Source of the DNA: a virus
Direction: 5' to 3' (one strand)
DNA length: 64,000 bases
Virus record (IMG/VR): IMGVR_UViG_3300025684_000010
The translations under genes were made by a program, and so were the position numbers. Numbering within the stretch: position 1 is the first letter of the stretch; the number at the start of each line of letters is the position of its first letter. A model generated the notes under the pieces. That model ran no database searches, was not told where the DNA came from, and saw nothing but the letters and a program-made list of their open reading frames with translations. Below, piece after piece: positions 55,513 through 64,000 of the stretch.

Positions 55513-56034
55513 ATGAAATTAGTAATTCACACACAATATAAAGAAAACTACTCAGCTCACAATGATGACTGGACTGGTCCTTCTGAAAACGACCATTGGA
55601 AATTCAAAGGTGGTTCCACTTACGTGGTTGCTGACATTCAGTCTTCTGTTCTGTATACCGGCAGTGTATCTGCTAATGCTCTATATGAGATCGTTGATTC
55701 TGTTAGAGAATTGATCTGTTACTCAAATGGTGCTTCTGAGGAGTATATCATTGATTGGGAAGTAATGAATGACGGTGCTACCGTTTGTGAACATTGGGAA
55801 ACACCAGTTCAGTTATGCTTCAAAGATAATCAGTGGACAGCCATGAAGGTTTCTGATAATAGAGGAGAAAGTGGTCATATGAGAAAGGAGATTCTCGAAG
55901 CCACTGAGACTTGGGTTCTTGAAAAAGACAATGAAAGGACTGATTATAAGTCTGAGTATTTGATGGAAGATGGAGACATCGTTTCATACCAAGAGTTAAG
56001 CAAGTGGTTTGAAGATCATAAGGAGGTAGCGTAA
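55513..56034 (+). CDS. Hypothetical early protein
   Basis: MKLVIHTQYKENY, WKFKGGSTYVV, EEYIIDW. Confidence 0.7.
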   Translation: MKLVIHTQYKENYSAHNDDWTGPSENDHWKFKGGSTYVVADIQSSVLYTGSVSANALYEIVDSVRELICYSNGASEEYIIDWEVMNDGATVCEHWETPVQLCFKDNQWTAMKVSDNRGESGHMRKEILEATETWVLEKDNERTDYKSEYLMEDGDIVSYQELSKWFEDHKEVA

Positions 56035-56035
56035 T

Positions 56036-56251
56036 ATGAATAAGTTTCCTTTACAAGCAACTGCTGGGTATGTCATGGGTGTTATTGCACTCGTCGCTGT
56101 GTTCTTCGCTTTAACAACCGCTCTTGATATTCCTGATGTATACGTATCGCATTCTACTGATGAGTGTGTTACGGTCATTAACTATACCGACGAGGATATT
56201 TACTCTTGTGAGAATATGCCTACGAAGTATAACAAAGTTTGGGTGAAGTAA
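56036..56251 (+). CDS. Small membrane-anchored protein
   Basis: TM helix; LDIPDVYVSHSTDECV. Confidence 0.6.
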   Translation: MNKFPLQATAGYVMGVIALVAVFFALTTALDIPDVYVSHSTDECVTVINYTDEDIYSCENMPTKYNKVWVK

Positions 56252-56253
56252 TT

Positions 56254-56475
56254 ATGGAAATATTAGAAAACTTAGTTGGATTCATTTTTGTCTCTGTATT
56301 TTTTATATTCAGTTATATAGGAATACATATGTCGTTTGAGAAAGATGCAAAGAAAAGCATTCCTTTAATTTGGGAGAAAGGTGGAATCCTCCACAAGTTT
56401 CTAAAACCGCAAGAATATACGGACGGTGTTTTTGATAAGTCTAAAATTAAATATCGAGATGGAGACAATACATAA
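56254..56475 (+). CDS. Small membrane-anchored protein
   Basis: N-terminal TM; YRDGDNT tail. Confidence 0.55.
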   Translation: MEILENLVGFIFVSVFFIFSYIGIHMSFEKDAKKSIPLIWEKGGILHKFLKPQEYTDGVFDKSKIKYRDGDNT

Positions 56476-56691
56476 ATGAGACCATTAATTGAATACTATA
56501 ATTCTGCAGCAGACTCTGTTGTATCGTATTTTAAGTCGGTTGATTGGGTAAGAGTAGGTAAGTTAATAATTTGTGTTCCTATAGCAGTCGTTTGGACACC
56601 AACGTTCTTTGTAATAGAAAATGTATACAAAGGCTGTAGTTGGTTCAATGTATTTGGTGGTGAAATTATGGAGAGGTTTTTAAATGATTGA
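56476..56691 (+). CDS. Small membrane protein
   Basis: Central hydrophobic stretch. Confidence 0.5.
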   Translation: MRPLIEYYNSAADSVVSYFKSVDWVRVGKLIICVPIAVVWTPTFFVIENVYKGCSWFNVFGGEIMERFLND

Positions 56692-57010
56692 GATATTAAA
56701 AGAAGTTACCGATTGGGGCGATCACACGATCACTAATGGTTTCTATCACGTAAATGGTCAAACACAACTTGTGGCTTATCAAGCTCCAGGTGGAGAACTC
56801 AAAGTCTTTAATTCACCAATGAAACAATTCTCAAAATCAAGACGTAAGTTTGTAAAGGTCGGAGACTATCAAGAGAAAGGATCTCTCGGTGGTACGGCAG
56901 TAAAAGGAAGTAACGGTAGTACCTATTATATCACGAATGGTAAATGTTCTTGTAAAGGATTTACCTTCCGTGGTGACTGTAAACACATAAAACAATTAGA
57001 GGTGGCATAA
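56684..57010 (+). CDS. SWIM zinc-finger protein
   Basis: GSNGSTYYI..CSCKGFTFRGDCKH. Confidence 0.75.
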   Translation: MIEILKEVTDWGDHTITNGFYHVNGQTQLVAYQAPGGELKVFNSPMKQFSKSRRKFVKVGDYQEKGSLGGTAVKGSNGSTYYITNGKCSCKGFTFRGDCKHIKQLEVA

Positions 57011-57390
57011 TGGAACAGAAAGACGCGATCATTGAAAACAAAGTAAGGGATTACTTCGAAGCTTTTGGAAATAAGGATGAACAGACTCTATGTAAGATGT
57101 TTGACTCCGATATCCATTTAACCGATAGTCACGTTGACTGTAAAGGTATCGTAGAGGTACTTCAAGCCAACGAAACTATCTTTAATAACTGTTTAAGGAT
57201 TACTCCTATTATTGATGATATCATCATTGATGGTAATAATGTATGTGCAGTGATTGACATTGAAATCATGACTGAAGGTACTGATCCTATAAACGATTAT
57301 GCCGAGAATCATGTAACCTTAAAGGTAGTTGATCTTATTCAGTTTAATGATGAAGGATTAATTACACGAATATCTGCATATAAGCAGTAG
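57010..57390 (+). CDS. SnoaL/NTF2-like protein
   Basis: YFEAFGNKD..L, VVDLIQFNDEGLITRISAY. Confidence 0.75.
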   Translation: MEQKDAIIENKVRDYFEAFGNKDEQTLCKMFDSDIHLTDSHVDCKGIVEVLQANETIFNNCLRITPIIDDIIIDGNNVCAVIDIEIMTEGTDPINDYAENHVTLKVVDLIQFNDEGLITRISAYKQ

Positions 57391-57398
57391 GAGAAATT

Positions 57399-57569
57399 AT
57401 GGATGAAAGAGTCCTAAAAGAAATTCAGTTAGCACGTAATCTCGCAAGAGAGATTCAATGGGTTATAGATTCTGGTGGTGTAATGCCTGTTCAGATCCGT
57501 AAGCAATATGATCCTCTTAAAAAGTTTTACGACGAATGTTTGGCTGAAGAAAACTCGATCTTTTATTGA
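57399..57569 (+). CDS. 56-aa hypothetical protein (not in ORF track)
   Basis: SD AGGAG; MDERVLKEIQLARNLAREIQWVIDSGGVMPVQIRKQYDPLKKFYDECLAEENSIFY. Confidence 0.6.
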   Translation: MDERVLKEIQLARNLAREIQWVIDSGGVMPVQIRKQYDPLKKFYDECLAEENSIFY

Positions 57570-57582
57570 GAGTGAGTGTTTG

Positions 57583-57590
57583 TATAAATA
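57583..57590 (+). promoter_or_regulatory. T4-type late promoter
   Basis: TATAAATA upstream of 36-aa ORF. Confidence 0.6.
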
Positions 57591-57646
57591 GCTGTGGAAT
57601 CGTTTATCGGTTTCGTGAAAATAACTTCAAATGTAAGGAATCTTAA

Positions 57647-57757
57647 ATGAAAGCAATCATCAACCGATTGCGTTTCAGTAGTGACATTTGTATTGAGTGT
57701 ATTATATTTTCGGTCTTTATCGGAACGACATTATTTAGCTTGAGTACTATTGCCTAG
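57647..57757 (+). CDS. 36-aa CxxC + TM peptide (not in ORF track)
   Basis: SD TAAGGA; MKAIINRLRFSSDICIECIIFSVFIGTTLFSLSTIA; own late promoter and terminator. Confidence 0.55.
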   Translation: MKAIINRLRFSSDICIECIIFSVFIGTTLFSLSTIA

Positions 57758-57782
57758 CCTGGTGCAATCAAATAAGAACTTT

Positions 57783-57808
57783 AGGGATCCGCAAGGGTCC
57801 CTTTTTTT
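57783..57808 (+). terminator. Rho-independent terminator between convergent units
   Basis: AGGGATCC-GCAA-GGGTCCCT then T-run. Confidence 0.85.
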
Positions 57809-57815
57809 ATCTCCC

Positions 57816-59861
57816 TTATTTAGAAGTGGCAATGAACACACCATTCCAGTCTTTAGGTAGATCTTGAGTCTTCATATATTCACAACGCTCAATCCACATT
57901 GTATAATAACCTTTCATCTGTCCTTCGAAGCATTCCATTAAATCATTACATATTTTAATTGCTTTATCAAAGTTTTGTTTCTGATAATTCATATACATGG
58001 CTTCATGCATTTCAATAGGTTTAAGATACTTATCTTTATTTAAATCAAGTACAGTATGTATTCCTACACCAACCGTCTTACCTTTTACTGCAAGATCATC
58101 TACTTTTAAGAAAAGGAATTCTTCAGGATTACATCTGTTAACTGTTTCTTCTCCTACTAATAATAGGCATCCATATTCTTTACATTTAGATTCGATCCTT
58201 GCAGCAGTTGATACTGCATCTCCAAGTATATCGTAACTGTGTCGTGATGTACTTCCCATTTCACCAATATAACCAAGACCGCTATTAATGCCAGCACCCA
58301 TACCAATAGGTGGTCGTCCTTCTTTAACAATCTTATCATTAAACTTCTCCACTGCTCTTAACATACGTATACCTGTTCTTACCGCAGATTTTGCGTGGTC
58401 TTCGTCTTCCATTGGAGCATTATGTATATGCATACTTGCGTCTCCAATGTACTTGATTATCATTCCATTCGCATCTAAGACAGGTTGCGTGATAGCGTCC
58501 ATATAACCATTCATAAGATCAGTCAGTCCTCTAACATCATCTCCAAAGGATTCGCCTAATGGTGTAAACCCTCTCAGATCTGAAAAGACAATACTTACAT
58601 CTTTTTTCATTCCTTCCTTGACAAGTCCTGGGTTTTGTTGTAAAATAGTAACAACTTCAGGAGAACAGTAACCAGCGAATTGTTTCATGATTTCGCGTTT
58701 TTCTAAAAATGTTAAATAGTATTTGTTAAAAGAAGATTGTGCAAACACCACTAAGGATCCCAATGAAATCAAAGTTGCGTCAACAAATGTTAAAGAAGCA
58801 GTCCAAAGGTAATGACTCACTCCGTATGCAGAACCGACGAGAGCAAGAGACGTTACCACCCCAAGACCTATGGGTAAAATATAGACCGCTGCAAGGATAC
58901 CTAGACTCACTAAAACCAGAAAGGCAAGCTCGAATATTGCAGACCAGTCGGGAATGCGTATTTCGTATCCTGAAAGCAAGGTCTGAATCAACTGAGCTTG
59001 AACTTCGTGGGGATACATTGCACCCGTTGGGGTTGCGACTGGATTAGAATAGCCTTCGGCGGTTATTCCAAAGACAAGTACTTTTCCTGCTGGTAATGGA
59101 TCAGTGATACTTACTTGTTTGAATTGATTCCAAAAGGCAATAGGTACTTCAGCATTACTATTTGTTGTAATAGGATCTTGACGACCCATACGAATCCATT
59201 CCACTCCTTGTGGACCTACCTTCATTTGATAGGAAGACTCTCCAGAGAAGACCCGCAAAGTTTCAAGAGCGAGACTGGGATATTGATTTCCTGCTGCATT
59301 GACAACAAGTGGGCTTCTTCGCACAATCCCAGTTGGTTCGTCAGGTACTGCAAGTACACCGCCAATGCCAAAGGCAAAACTAGAAAGGTCATCAATGGGA
59401 TAAAGTAAGCCCGGAATATTGTAGAGCCAGTTTGCATCTTGGTCACCAAATGTAGCAACACCGACAAAGTTGCCTACACCTCCGCTTGTTTGTTGAGTTG
59501 GAGCAGAAGCCAATACAACAGCCTTGGTTGCCATTGCTTCCTGTAATAAATGATCTTCTTTGAATCTATCTGCTTCTGAATAAATTACATTGAGTATATA
59601 AAGAGAATCGTCAGGCCCAGACTCAATATACTTAGCCACAGAACCACGAGGCCAAGGATATTGACCTTCGGCGGAGATTGCGGCTTCGTCGATGTTGACG
59701 AGGACCACGTCTTCAATAATCTCTTTTTCTTTAGCCTGCTGTAACGAGTCATAGTAAGCGTATTCTATACTTTGTATAATGTCCGGGTTAGATACTGACA
59801 GAACTCCAAATCCTGCGATAGTAAGTAATACCGTCCACCATTGGGTTAACGTTTTAAACAT
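57816..59861 (-). CDS. CHASE2-domain class III adenylate/guanylate cyclase
   Basis: VNIDE..GQYPWPR (CHASE2), three TM helices, FSDLRGFT, KYIGDA, GAGINSG, YDILGDAVSTAARIES. Confidence 0.93.
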   Translation of the reverse strand: MFKTLTQWWTVLLTIAGFGVLSVSNPDIIQSIEYAYYDSLQQAKEKEIIEDVVLVNIDEAAISAEGQYPWPRGSVAKYIESGPDDSLYILNVIYSEADRFKEDHLLQEAMATKAVVLASAPTQQTSGGVGNFVGVATFGDQDANWLYNIPGLLYPIDDLSSFAFGIGGVLAVPDEPTGIVRRSPLVVNAAGNQYPSLALETLRVFSGESSYQMKVGPQGVEWIRMGRQDPITTNSNAEVPIAFWNQFKQVSITDPLPAGKVLVFGITAEGYSNPVATPTGAMYPHEVQAQLIQTLLSGYEIRIPDWSAIFELAFLVLVSLGILAAVYILPIGLGVVTSLALVGSAYGVSHYLWTASLTFVDATLISLGSLVVFAQSSFNKYYLTFLEKREIMKQFAGYCSPEVVTILQQNPGLVKEGMKKDVSIVFSDLRGFTPLGESFGDDVRGLTDLMNGYMDAITQPVLDANGMIIKYIGDASMHIHNAPMEDEDHAKSAVRTGIRMLRAVEKFNDKIVKEGRPPIGMGAGINSGLGYIGEMGSTSRHSYDILGDAVSTAARIESKCKEYGCLLLVGEETVNRCNPEEFLFLKVDDLAVKGKTVGVGIHTVLDLNKDKYLKPIEMHEAMYMNYQKQNFDKAIKICNDLMECFEGQMKGYYTMWIERCEYMKTQDLPKDWNGVFIATSK

Positions 59862-60798
59862 TCTTTCTGAATTCTTTTACTGTATTAATTAGATTCCTTA
59901 CATTCTCAACTGGAGTTGTTTTATCAATACCATGAGCAAGGTTTACAATGTAAGGTCTATCTTTCATCTTTTCGAGAACAGGAGTAATATCTTCTCCTTT
60001 AATTAATCTCTTAACAGATATGCCACCCTGAATTACTTCACCATTAATTTCGTCAACTGGTAAATCATCACTAATATTAATTGCATCAGGATTTACTTGT
60101 TCAATATAATCATTAATTAATGGACCTACTAATCGTGGGAATGCGATAATACATACTTCAGGATACCAAACTCTTACTACATCAACTATTGTTTTTGTTG
60201 GTGTAATTACAAATTCTTGAAAGTCCTCATTAGATATTTCACCTGCATGAGAATCAAAGATTTGTACTGTATCACAACCTGCTTCTATTTGGTGTAATAA
60301 GTGATTAATAATATATGGTATTAGTTTTTGTACGACATCTAATTTTTGTTCACCATCACACATGTATTTACATAATGTCCATGGAGCTGCCGCAAATCCA
60401 ATTAGAGATTTACTGTCGTCAAGTTCTTCTCTTACCTTTCTTATTGCTTCATAAACGGGTTCACACCTTTCTAAAAAAGTATCAAGTGGAGTATCGAAGA
60501 ATGATTCTTTATATGGACCTAAGTCAGGGGAAGGATTATAATCGAGTTCTTGGCCGAGTGCGTAATTAATTACAAGTATATCACTAAAGATAATTGCTGC
60601 ATCCATATCAAATTCTAATATAGGTTGCATTGTGATTTCAGCTGCCTTCCATGGAGTCATTGCCATGTCTAAGAAACCATTCGATTTTGCTTTCATTGCC
60701 ATATACTCTGGCATGTATCGACCTGCTTGTCTCATTAACCAAACTGGGTATAGGTTTGTTTCTTTATCTTGTATGACTCTTTGTAATAGTGTTTTCAT
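59854..60798 (-). CDS. hemE: Uroporphyrinogen decarboxylase
   Basis: PVWLMRQAGRYMPEY, AAIIFSDIL, LIGFAAAPWT, QIFDS, NLAHG. Confidence 0.93.
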   Translation of the reverse strand: MKTLLQRVIQDKETNLYPVWLMRQAGRYMPEYMAMKAKSNGFLDMAMTPWKAAEITMQPILEFDMDAAIIFSDILVINYALGQELDYNPSPDLGPYKESFFDTPLDTFLERCEPVYEAIRKVREELDDSKSLIGFAAAPWTLCKYMCDGEQKLDVVQKLIPYIINHLLHQIEAGCDTVQIFDSHAGEISNEDFQEFVITPTKTIVDVVRVWYPEVCIIAFPRLVGPLINDYIEQVNPDAINISDDLPVDEINGEVIQGGISVKRLIKGEDITPVLEKMKDRPYIVNLAHGIDKTTPVENVRNLINTVKEFRKNV

Positions 60799-60834
60799 AA
60801 TATACTCTTTGTTGAAATTAATTTAAGAAATCCA

Positions 60835-60863
60835 TTGACAGATTGCTATAGTTGTGTTATAAT
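60835..60863 (+). promoter_or_regulatory. sigma70 promoter oriented antisense to the curlin operon
   Basis: TTGACA-17-TATAAT on + strand between two minus-strand genes. Confidence 0.75.
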
Positions 60864-60895
60864 AGATTTATCAAATCGTTAATACTACAATAGAT

Positions 60896-61705
60896 TCAGT
60901 CTTGTGTTACCGATGTTGAGCAACCACCAACAGTCATACAGTTAACTGATACTGAATATGTTTGATTTGTATCACTCATTTGAATCAAAGTAAGATCCGT
61001 TCCATATAGACCATCAAGTGTTATCGTTGCGTTGTGAGTTGCACCAGTACCTTTCTGACGAACGAATACATCGTTATAGTCATTGTAAATTGTTAAATCA
61101 GTATTCTTTCTTCCATTACTTTGTTGTTTAATTTTAACTTCATTACTATCACCTGCTAAATGTAAATCAAAATTATGTCCATCGCTCGAACCTGTTTGGT
61201 TCGTTTGTTGAACTGCTAATTGATTGTTGTCTCCATACATTGTGATTCCAATATCATGTCCACCCGATTCATAAAGATCACCATACCAAGTTAAATCTGT
61301 ATCAGAATCTAATGTAGTCCACGCAACACCTTGTGCAAGTTTCATTTGATTACCTGAACCACTTACTTCGTCGAATATAATCGTATTCGTCATTGCAGAT
61401 GGATTGGTATTGTACTGAACCAAATACATATCTAAACTTGATGCTGTAATGTATGACTGAGTACCAAACATACTGACTTCATTAGCGTGACCATATTGAT
61501 CTATACCTAATTGAAAAGTATCACCAGTTTGTTCCATTGTAATTAAGTTATCGGCGTTAGCGGCTAATGGTAGCACAACAAGTACGCCTATGAAAAATCC
61601 AACACAGAACCATACCGCCAAATCCTTGCCTGTCCAGATATGTGGCCCAACTGATTTGCGGAACATCTCCCAAGCTCGTTCCTCATTTGTATCTTTATAT
61701 TTCAT
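60896..61705 (-). CDS. Curlin-repeat-like secreted protein (CsgA/CsgB-like)
   Basis: Hydrophobic leader ending ANA; QTGD..IDQYGHAN, GDNNQL, GDSNEV..QQ repeats; terminal Cys pair. Confidence 0.7.
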   Translation of the reverse strand: MKYKDTNEERAWEMFRKSVGPHIWTGKDLAVWFCVGFFIGVLVVLPLAANADNLITMEQTGDTFQLGIDQYGHANEVSMFGTQSYITASSLDMYLVQYNTNPSAMTNTIIFDEVSGSGNQMKLAQGVAWTTLDSDTDLTWYGDLYESGGHDIGITMYGDNNQLAVQQTNQTGSSDGHNFDLHLAGDSNEVKIKQQSNGRKNTDLTIYNDYNDVFVRQKGTGATHNATITLDGLYGTDLTLIQMSDTNQTYSVSVNCMTVGGCSTSVTQD

Positions 61706-61713
61706 ATTTTTAT

Positions 61714-62874
61714 TTATCCACCCTGTCTTAAATTAATAATGGTATCTTCACCACCGTTTAATATGATAGTTCCGATATATCCGTCTACCGACGTTGTTAT
61801 GGCAGCATTAGAATCAACACTTAATATGATCTGAATTGTTTCGTTTACACTACGATAAAAATAGATCTTCCCATCTGACTCATAAATGTTAAATTGTGAG
61901 TCCTGATTGAATCCAAGGGCAGCGCCTTTTAATTCAATTCCTAAAGAACTGCCATCTAATTTATTTGATAGAGAAGCGGTTGTTCTTACAAGTTCTTCGA
62001 CTACTGATAAGGCATCTGTTAAAAAATCAACGTCTAAATAATCTATATCAAGTTCAGTAAATTCTAATGCATCGTCTTCAAGATAATCATATTCTAATTC
62101 GTTAAATGCCAAAAAGTCAAAATCAAGTAATCCTTGATCCTGATTGGCTTCATCAAGTAATGTTTCGTCTAACGCTTCTTTTACCTCAGGAGGTGGAGAA
62201 ACGATAAACATATTATCAATCATTGGTGTTGTAATACCTCTTAATTCTATTTTCTTCGTTGGAGGAGTATCGAGTGATGAAACCATTGTAGCAGCGAATG
62301 CTTCGTTAAGTACAATTGTCCCACCCTTATTAGATACTGTTATTTCACCAGAAGAGTTTCCGAATTCATCAGGTAGTAATATAACGAGAGATCTTCCGAG
62401 TTCATCTATCGTTGTTGTAAAATCTGTTCCACGAACCGCGATTGAGGCCGTGGGAGTTTGAATGTCAATGTTATTCTTATTAACCATTCCTAATCGTCCA
62501 GACGCAAACCGTGCGGTGCCTAATGCCATACGCATTGCCATTTTTGATTTACTTGGATCTGGGTCGTAGTATACTTTGTCTATGTATACCTTCGTGTTTT
62601 CTGTGAGTGATAGTTCTGCCTCATCCAAGAACTGAATAAGCATACGACCATTGCCTGTCTCTGCCGTATCGTTTAGATTAACATCAGGAACGAAACCGAT
62701 TTCAACATCGACTTCGTTCCCAGCTTCTCTAACTAATTTAGTTTCACCCTTAAACTCGGTTATCTCTCCAATAGACGTAGCGCTAACATTAAGTGAGAAT
62801 ACTAATGCAACTCCTATTAGGAAAGTATTAACTGTCGCCTGGGCTATCTTTCTGATTGATTTGAATCGTAGCAT
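61714..62874 (-). CDS. FecR-domain periplasmic protein
   Basis: Signal peptide; DTAETGNG, LTENT.V.ID, GTARF, TPTASIAVRGTDF. Confidence 0.88.
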   Translation of the reverse strand: MLRFKSIRKIAQATVNTFLIGVALVFSLNVSATSIGEITEFKGETKLVREAGNEVDVEIGFVPDVNLNDTAETGNGRMLIQFLDEAELSLTENTKVYIDKVYYDPDPSKSKMAMRMALGTARFASGRLGMVNKNNIDIQTPTASIAVRGTDFTTTIDELGRSLVILLPDEFGNSSGEITVSNKGGTIVLNEAFAATMVSSLDTPPTKKIELRGITTPMIDNMFIVSPPPEVKEALDETLLDEANQDQGLLDFDFLAFNELEYDYLEDDALEFTELDIDYLDVDFLTDALSVVEELVRTTASLSNKLDGSSLGIELKGAALGFNQDSQFNIYESDGKIYFYRSVNETIQIILSVDSNAAITTSVDGYIGTIILNGGEDTIINLRQGG

Positions 62875-63559
62875 TGTCTGAAGTCACATCTAATGTTATG
62901 ATACCGTTACAAGTAGTAACACCCGTAGCACAAGTACCGCTCATTTGGTTAATATCAATGTCTGCAGAATCACCGGTCAAAGTCACGTTGATTTCCTGTT
63001 CTCCACCATCTTTTTGCATAGTGTTGATATTGTTTGATGCACCTGTAATATCGAAATTCCAAATGGCGTCATCTACGTCGATGTCAACATCAAAAATATT
63101 TGTGTTACCTAATACTGTTAAATCCAAATCTAATCTTTCAGCACTTGCGTTATAACCTTGGTCAAAGTCCATTACATTACTGTCACCAGTGATATCTACA
63201 TCTATTGCAGATGCATCACTTGATCCAATATATCCAATGTTCCAATCCCATGAATTACTATCTCCTGTGAAAAGAAGATTGTAAGTCGAGCTATCAGCAG
63301 CTATTGTACCAAAAAGTAAATTTTCATTACCTACTTGGTCAATATTAATGTTTAACGAAGTACCAGTAACAGACATAGGACTCGATGAACTTGAGAAGTC
63401 ATCTAATCCAATCTTGTTACCATAACCGTACTGGTCGATGAACAATGTTAATGTATCACCAGTTTGGTTAATGTTAATTTCGTTATCATCAGTTGCTTGC
63501 GCAGCTGCATTGAAAGAAAACATACATAACAAAGATATACCTATAATTTTATGTTTCAT
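62828..63559 (-). CDS. Curlin-repeat-like secreted protein
   Basis: Signal peptide; QTGD..IDQYGYGN, QVGNEN, TGDSN x2, GNTN, GASNN repeats; Cys pair. Confidence 0.75.
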   Translation of the reverse strand: MKHKIIGISLLCMFSFNAAAQATDDNEININQTGDTLTLFIDQYGYGNKIGLDDFSSSSSPMSVTGTSLNINIDQVGNENLLFGTIAADSSTYNLLFTGDSNSWDWNIGYIGSSDASAIDVDITGDSNVMDFDQGYNASAERLDLDLTVLGNTNIFDVDIDVDDAIWNFDITGASNNINTMQKDGGEQEINVTLTGDSADIDINQMSGTCATGVTTCNGIITLDVTSDNATIQINQKDSPGDS

Positions 63560-64000
63560 GTTTTTCCTTTTTTAATTTTTCATCGACGCTATGCTTTTCG
63601 TTTGTTCCCATATGATCTTTCTGATGGGGGTGACGATGCCCAGCTTCGATTTCCCAGAAGCCTCTATCATGGCCCTGGTATACCATCTCTAGTACCGCAG
63701 CTTCAATTGCTGTACGTACCGCGTAAGTCACTGATTCATTATTACCAACTCCGTCTTCATACTCTAACAACTGAGTCCCTGCTTCTATAAAGCGAAAGAC
63801 ATCTCCACCTGAACCGTAGCTCAGGATCGTTTTTCGAGTTTGAACATTCAATAATATTTCACCTGTTAATACAGAGACTGCGCGTATGGATACTGTCACT
63901 ACATCCTGTCTGTAACTCCTACTGAACCCGATACCCAAAGTACGAGCTCCGCGTCCACCTGTCTTTATATTACTATCATAACCAATTATACCACCTTCTA
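63549..64000 (-). CDS. csgG: Curli secretion channel CsgG (C-terminal part; starts beyond right edge)
   Basis: EGGIIGYDSNIKTGGRGARTLGIG..YRQDVVTVSIRAVSVLTGEILLNVQTRKTILS, AVRTAIEAAV. Confidence 0.93.
   Translation of the reverse strand, partial: EGGIIGYDSNIKTGGRGARTLGIGFSRSYRQDVVTVSIRAVSVLTGEILLNVQTRKTILSYGSGGDVFRFIEAGTQLLEYEDGVGNNESVTYAVRTAIEAAVLEMVYQGHDRGFWEIEAGHRHPHQKDHMGTNEKHSVDEKLKKEKHET

Noticed and set aside
785-63790. Numerous 60-120 aa antisense/alternate-frame ORFs in the track (e.g. 1666-1941, 11084-11437, 24460-24738, 62144-62461)
   Set aside because: Fully nested opposite or within motif-bearing genes, lacking SD sites; shadow ORFs
1-64000. tRNA genes, CRISPR arrays, introns/inteins, homing endonucleases, recoded stop codons
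   Set aside because: No T-loop/cloverleaf or regularly spaced repeats seen by eye; nrdA, nrdB, gp41, gp61 and thyX are uninterrupted and of normal length; ORFs tile densely with the standard code. tRNAscan-SE was not run

Overview
A 64-kb AT-rich segment of a large T4-like (Tevenvirinae-related) myophage genome, probably marine and infecting a Gram-negative proteobacterium. It has spanins, and its ALA synthase suggests alphaproteobacterial gene sources. Core T4 modules: gp33, gp59, gp32, UvsX, gp41, gp61 primase, ThyX, NrdA/Grx-NrdB, DNA ligase, RNase H, PhoH, lysozyme and spanins. A late block (8.7-26 kb) encodes many proteins that begin with a T4 capsid-targeting-like sequence. Auxiliary genes are unusually rich: heme oxygenase plus a PcyA/PcyX-type bilin reductase, ALA synthase, HemE, SHMT, IscA, IscU, GroES, bS21, a RimK-protease fusion, a Mesh1-like HD hydrolase, glyco/sulfo-transferases, and a minus-strand CsgG-curlin-FecR-(HemE)-CHASE2 adenylate cyclase module. 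About 16 perfect sigma70 promoters and about 10 TATAAATA late promoters were read directly. Most striking items: (1) a stand-alone ~156-nt structured ncRNA with its own promoter and 8 GGA motifs (candidate CsrA/Rsm or anti-SD sponge) next to bS21; (2) a dispersed glycine-ALA-heme-bilin pathway whose bilin reductase has Lys at the PcyA Glu76 position; (3) a set of enzymes apparently targeted into the capsid; (4) early promoters whose -35 box sits inside a covarying inverted repeat; (5) a 55-bp duplication bracketing a gene insertion. All calls come from motif recognition by eye; no database searches were run.
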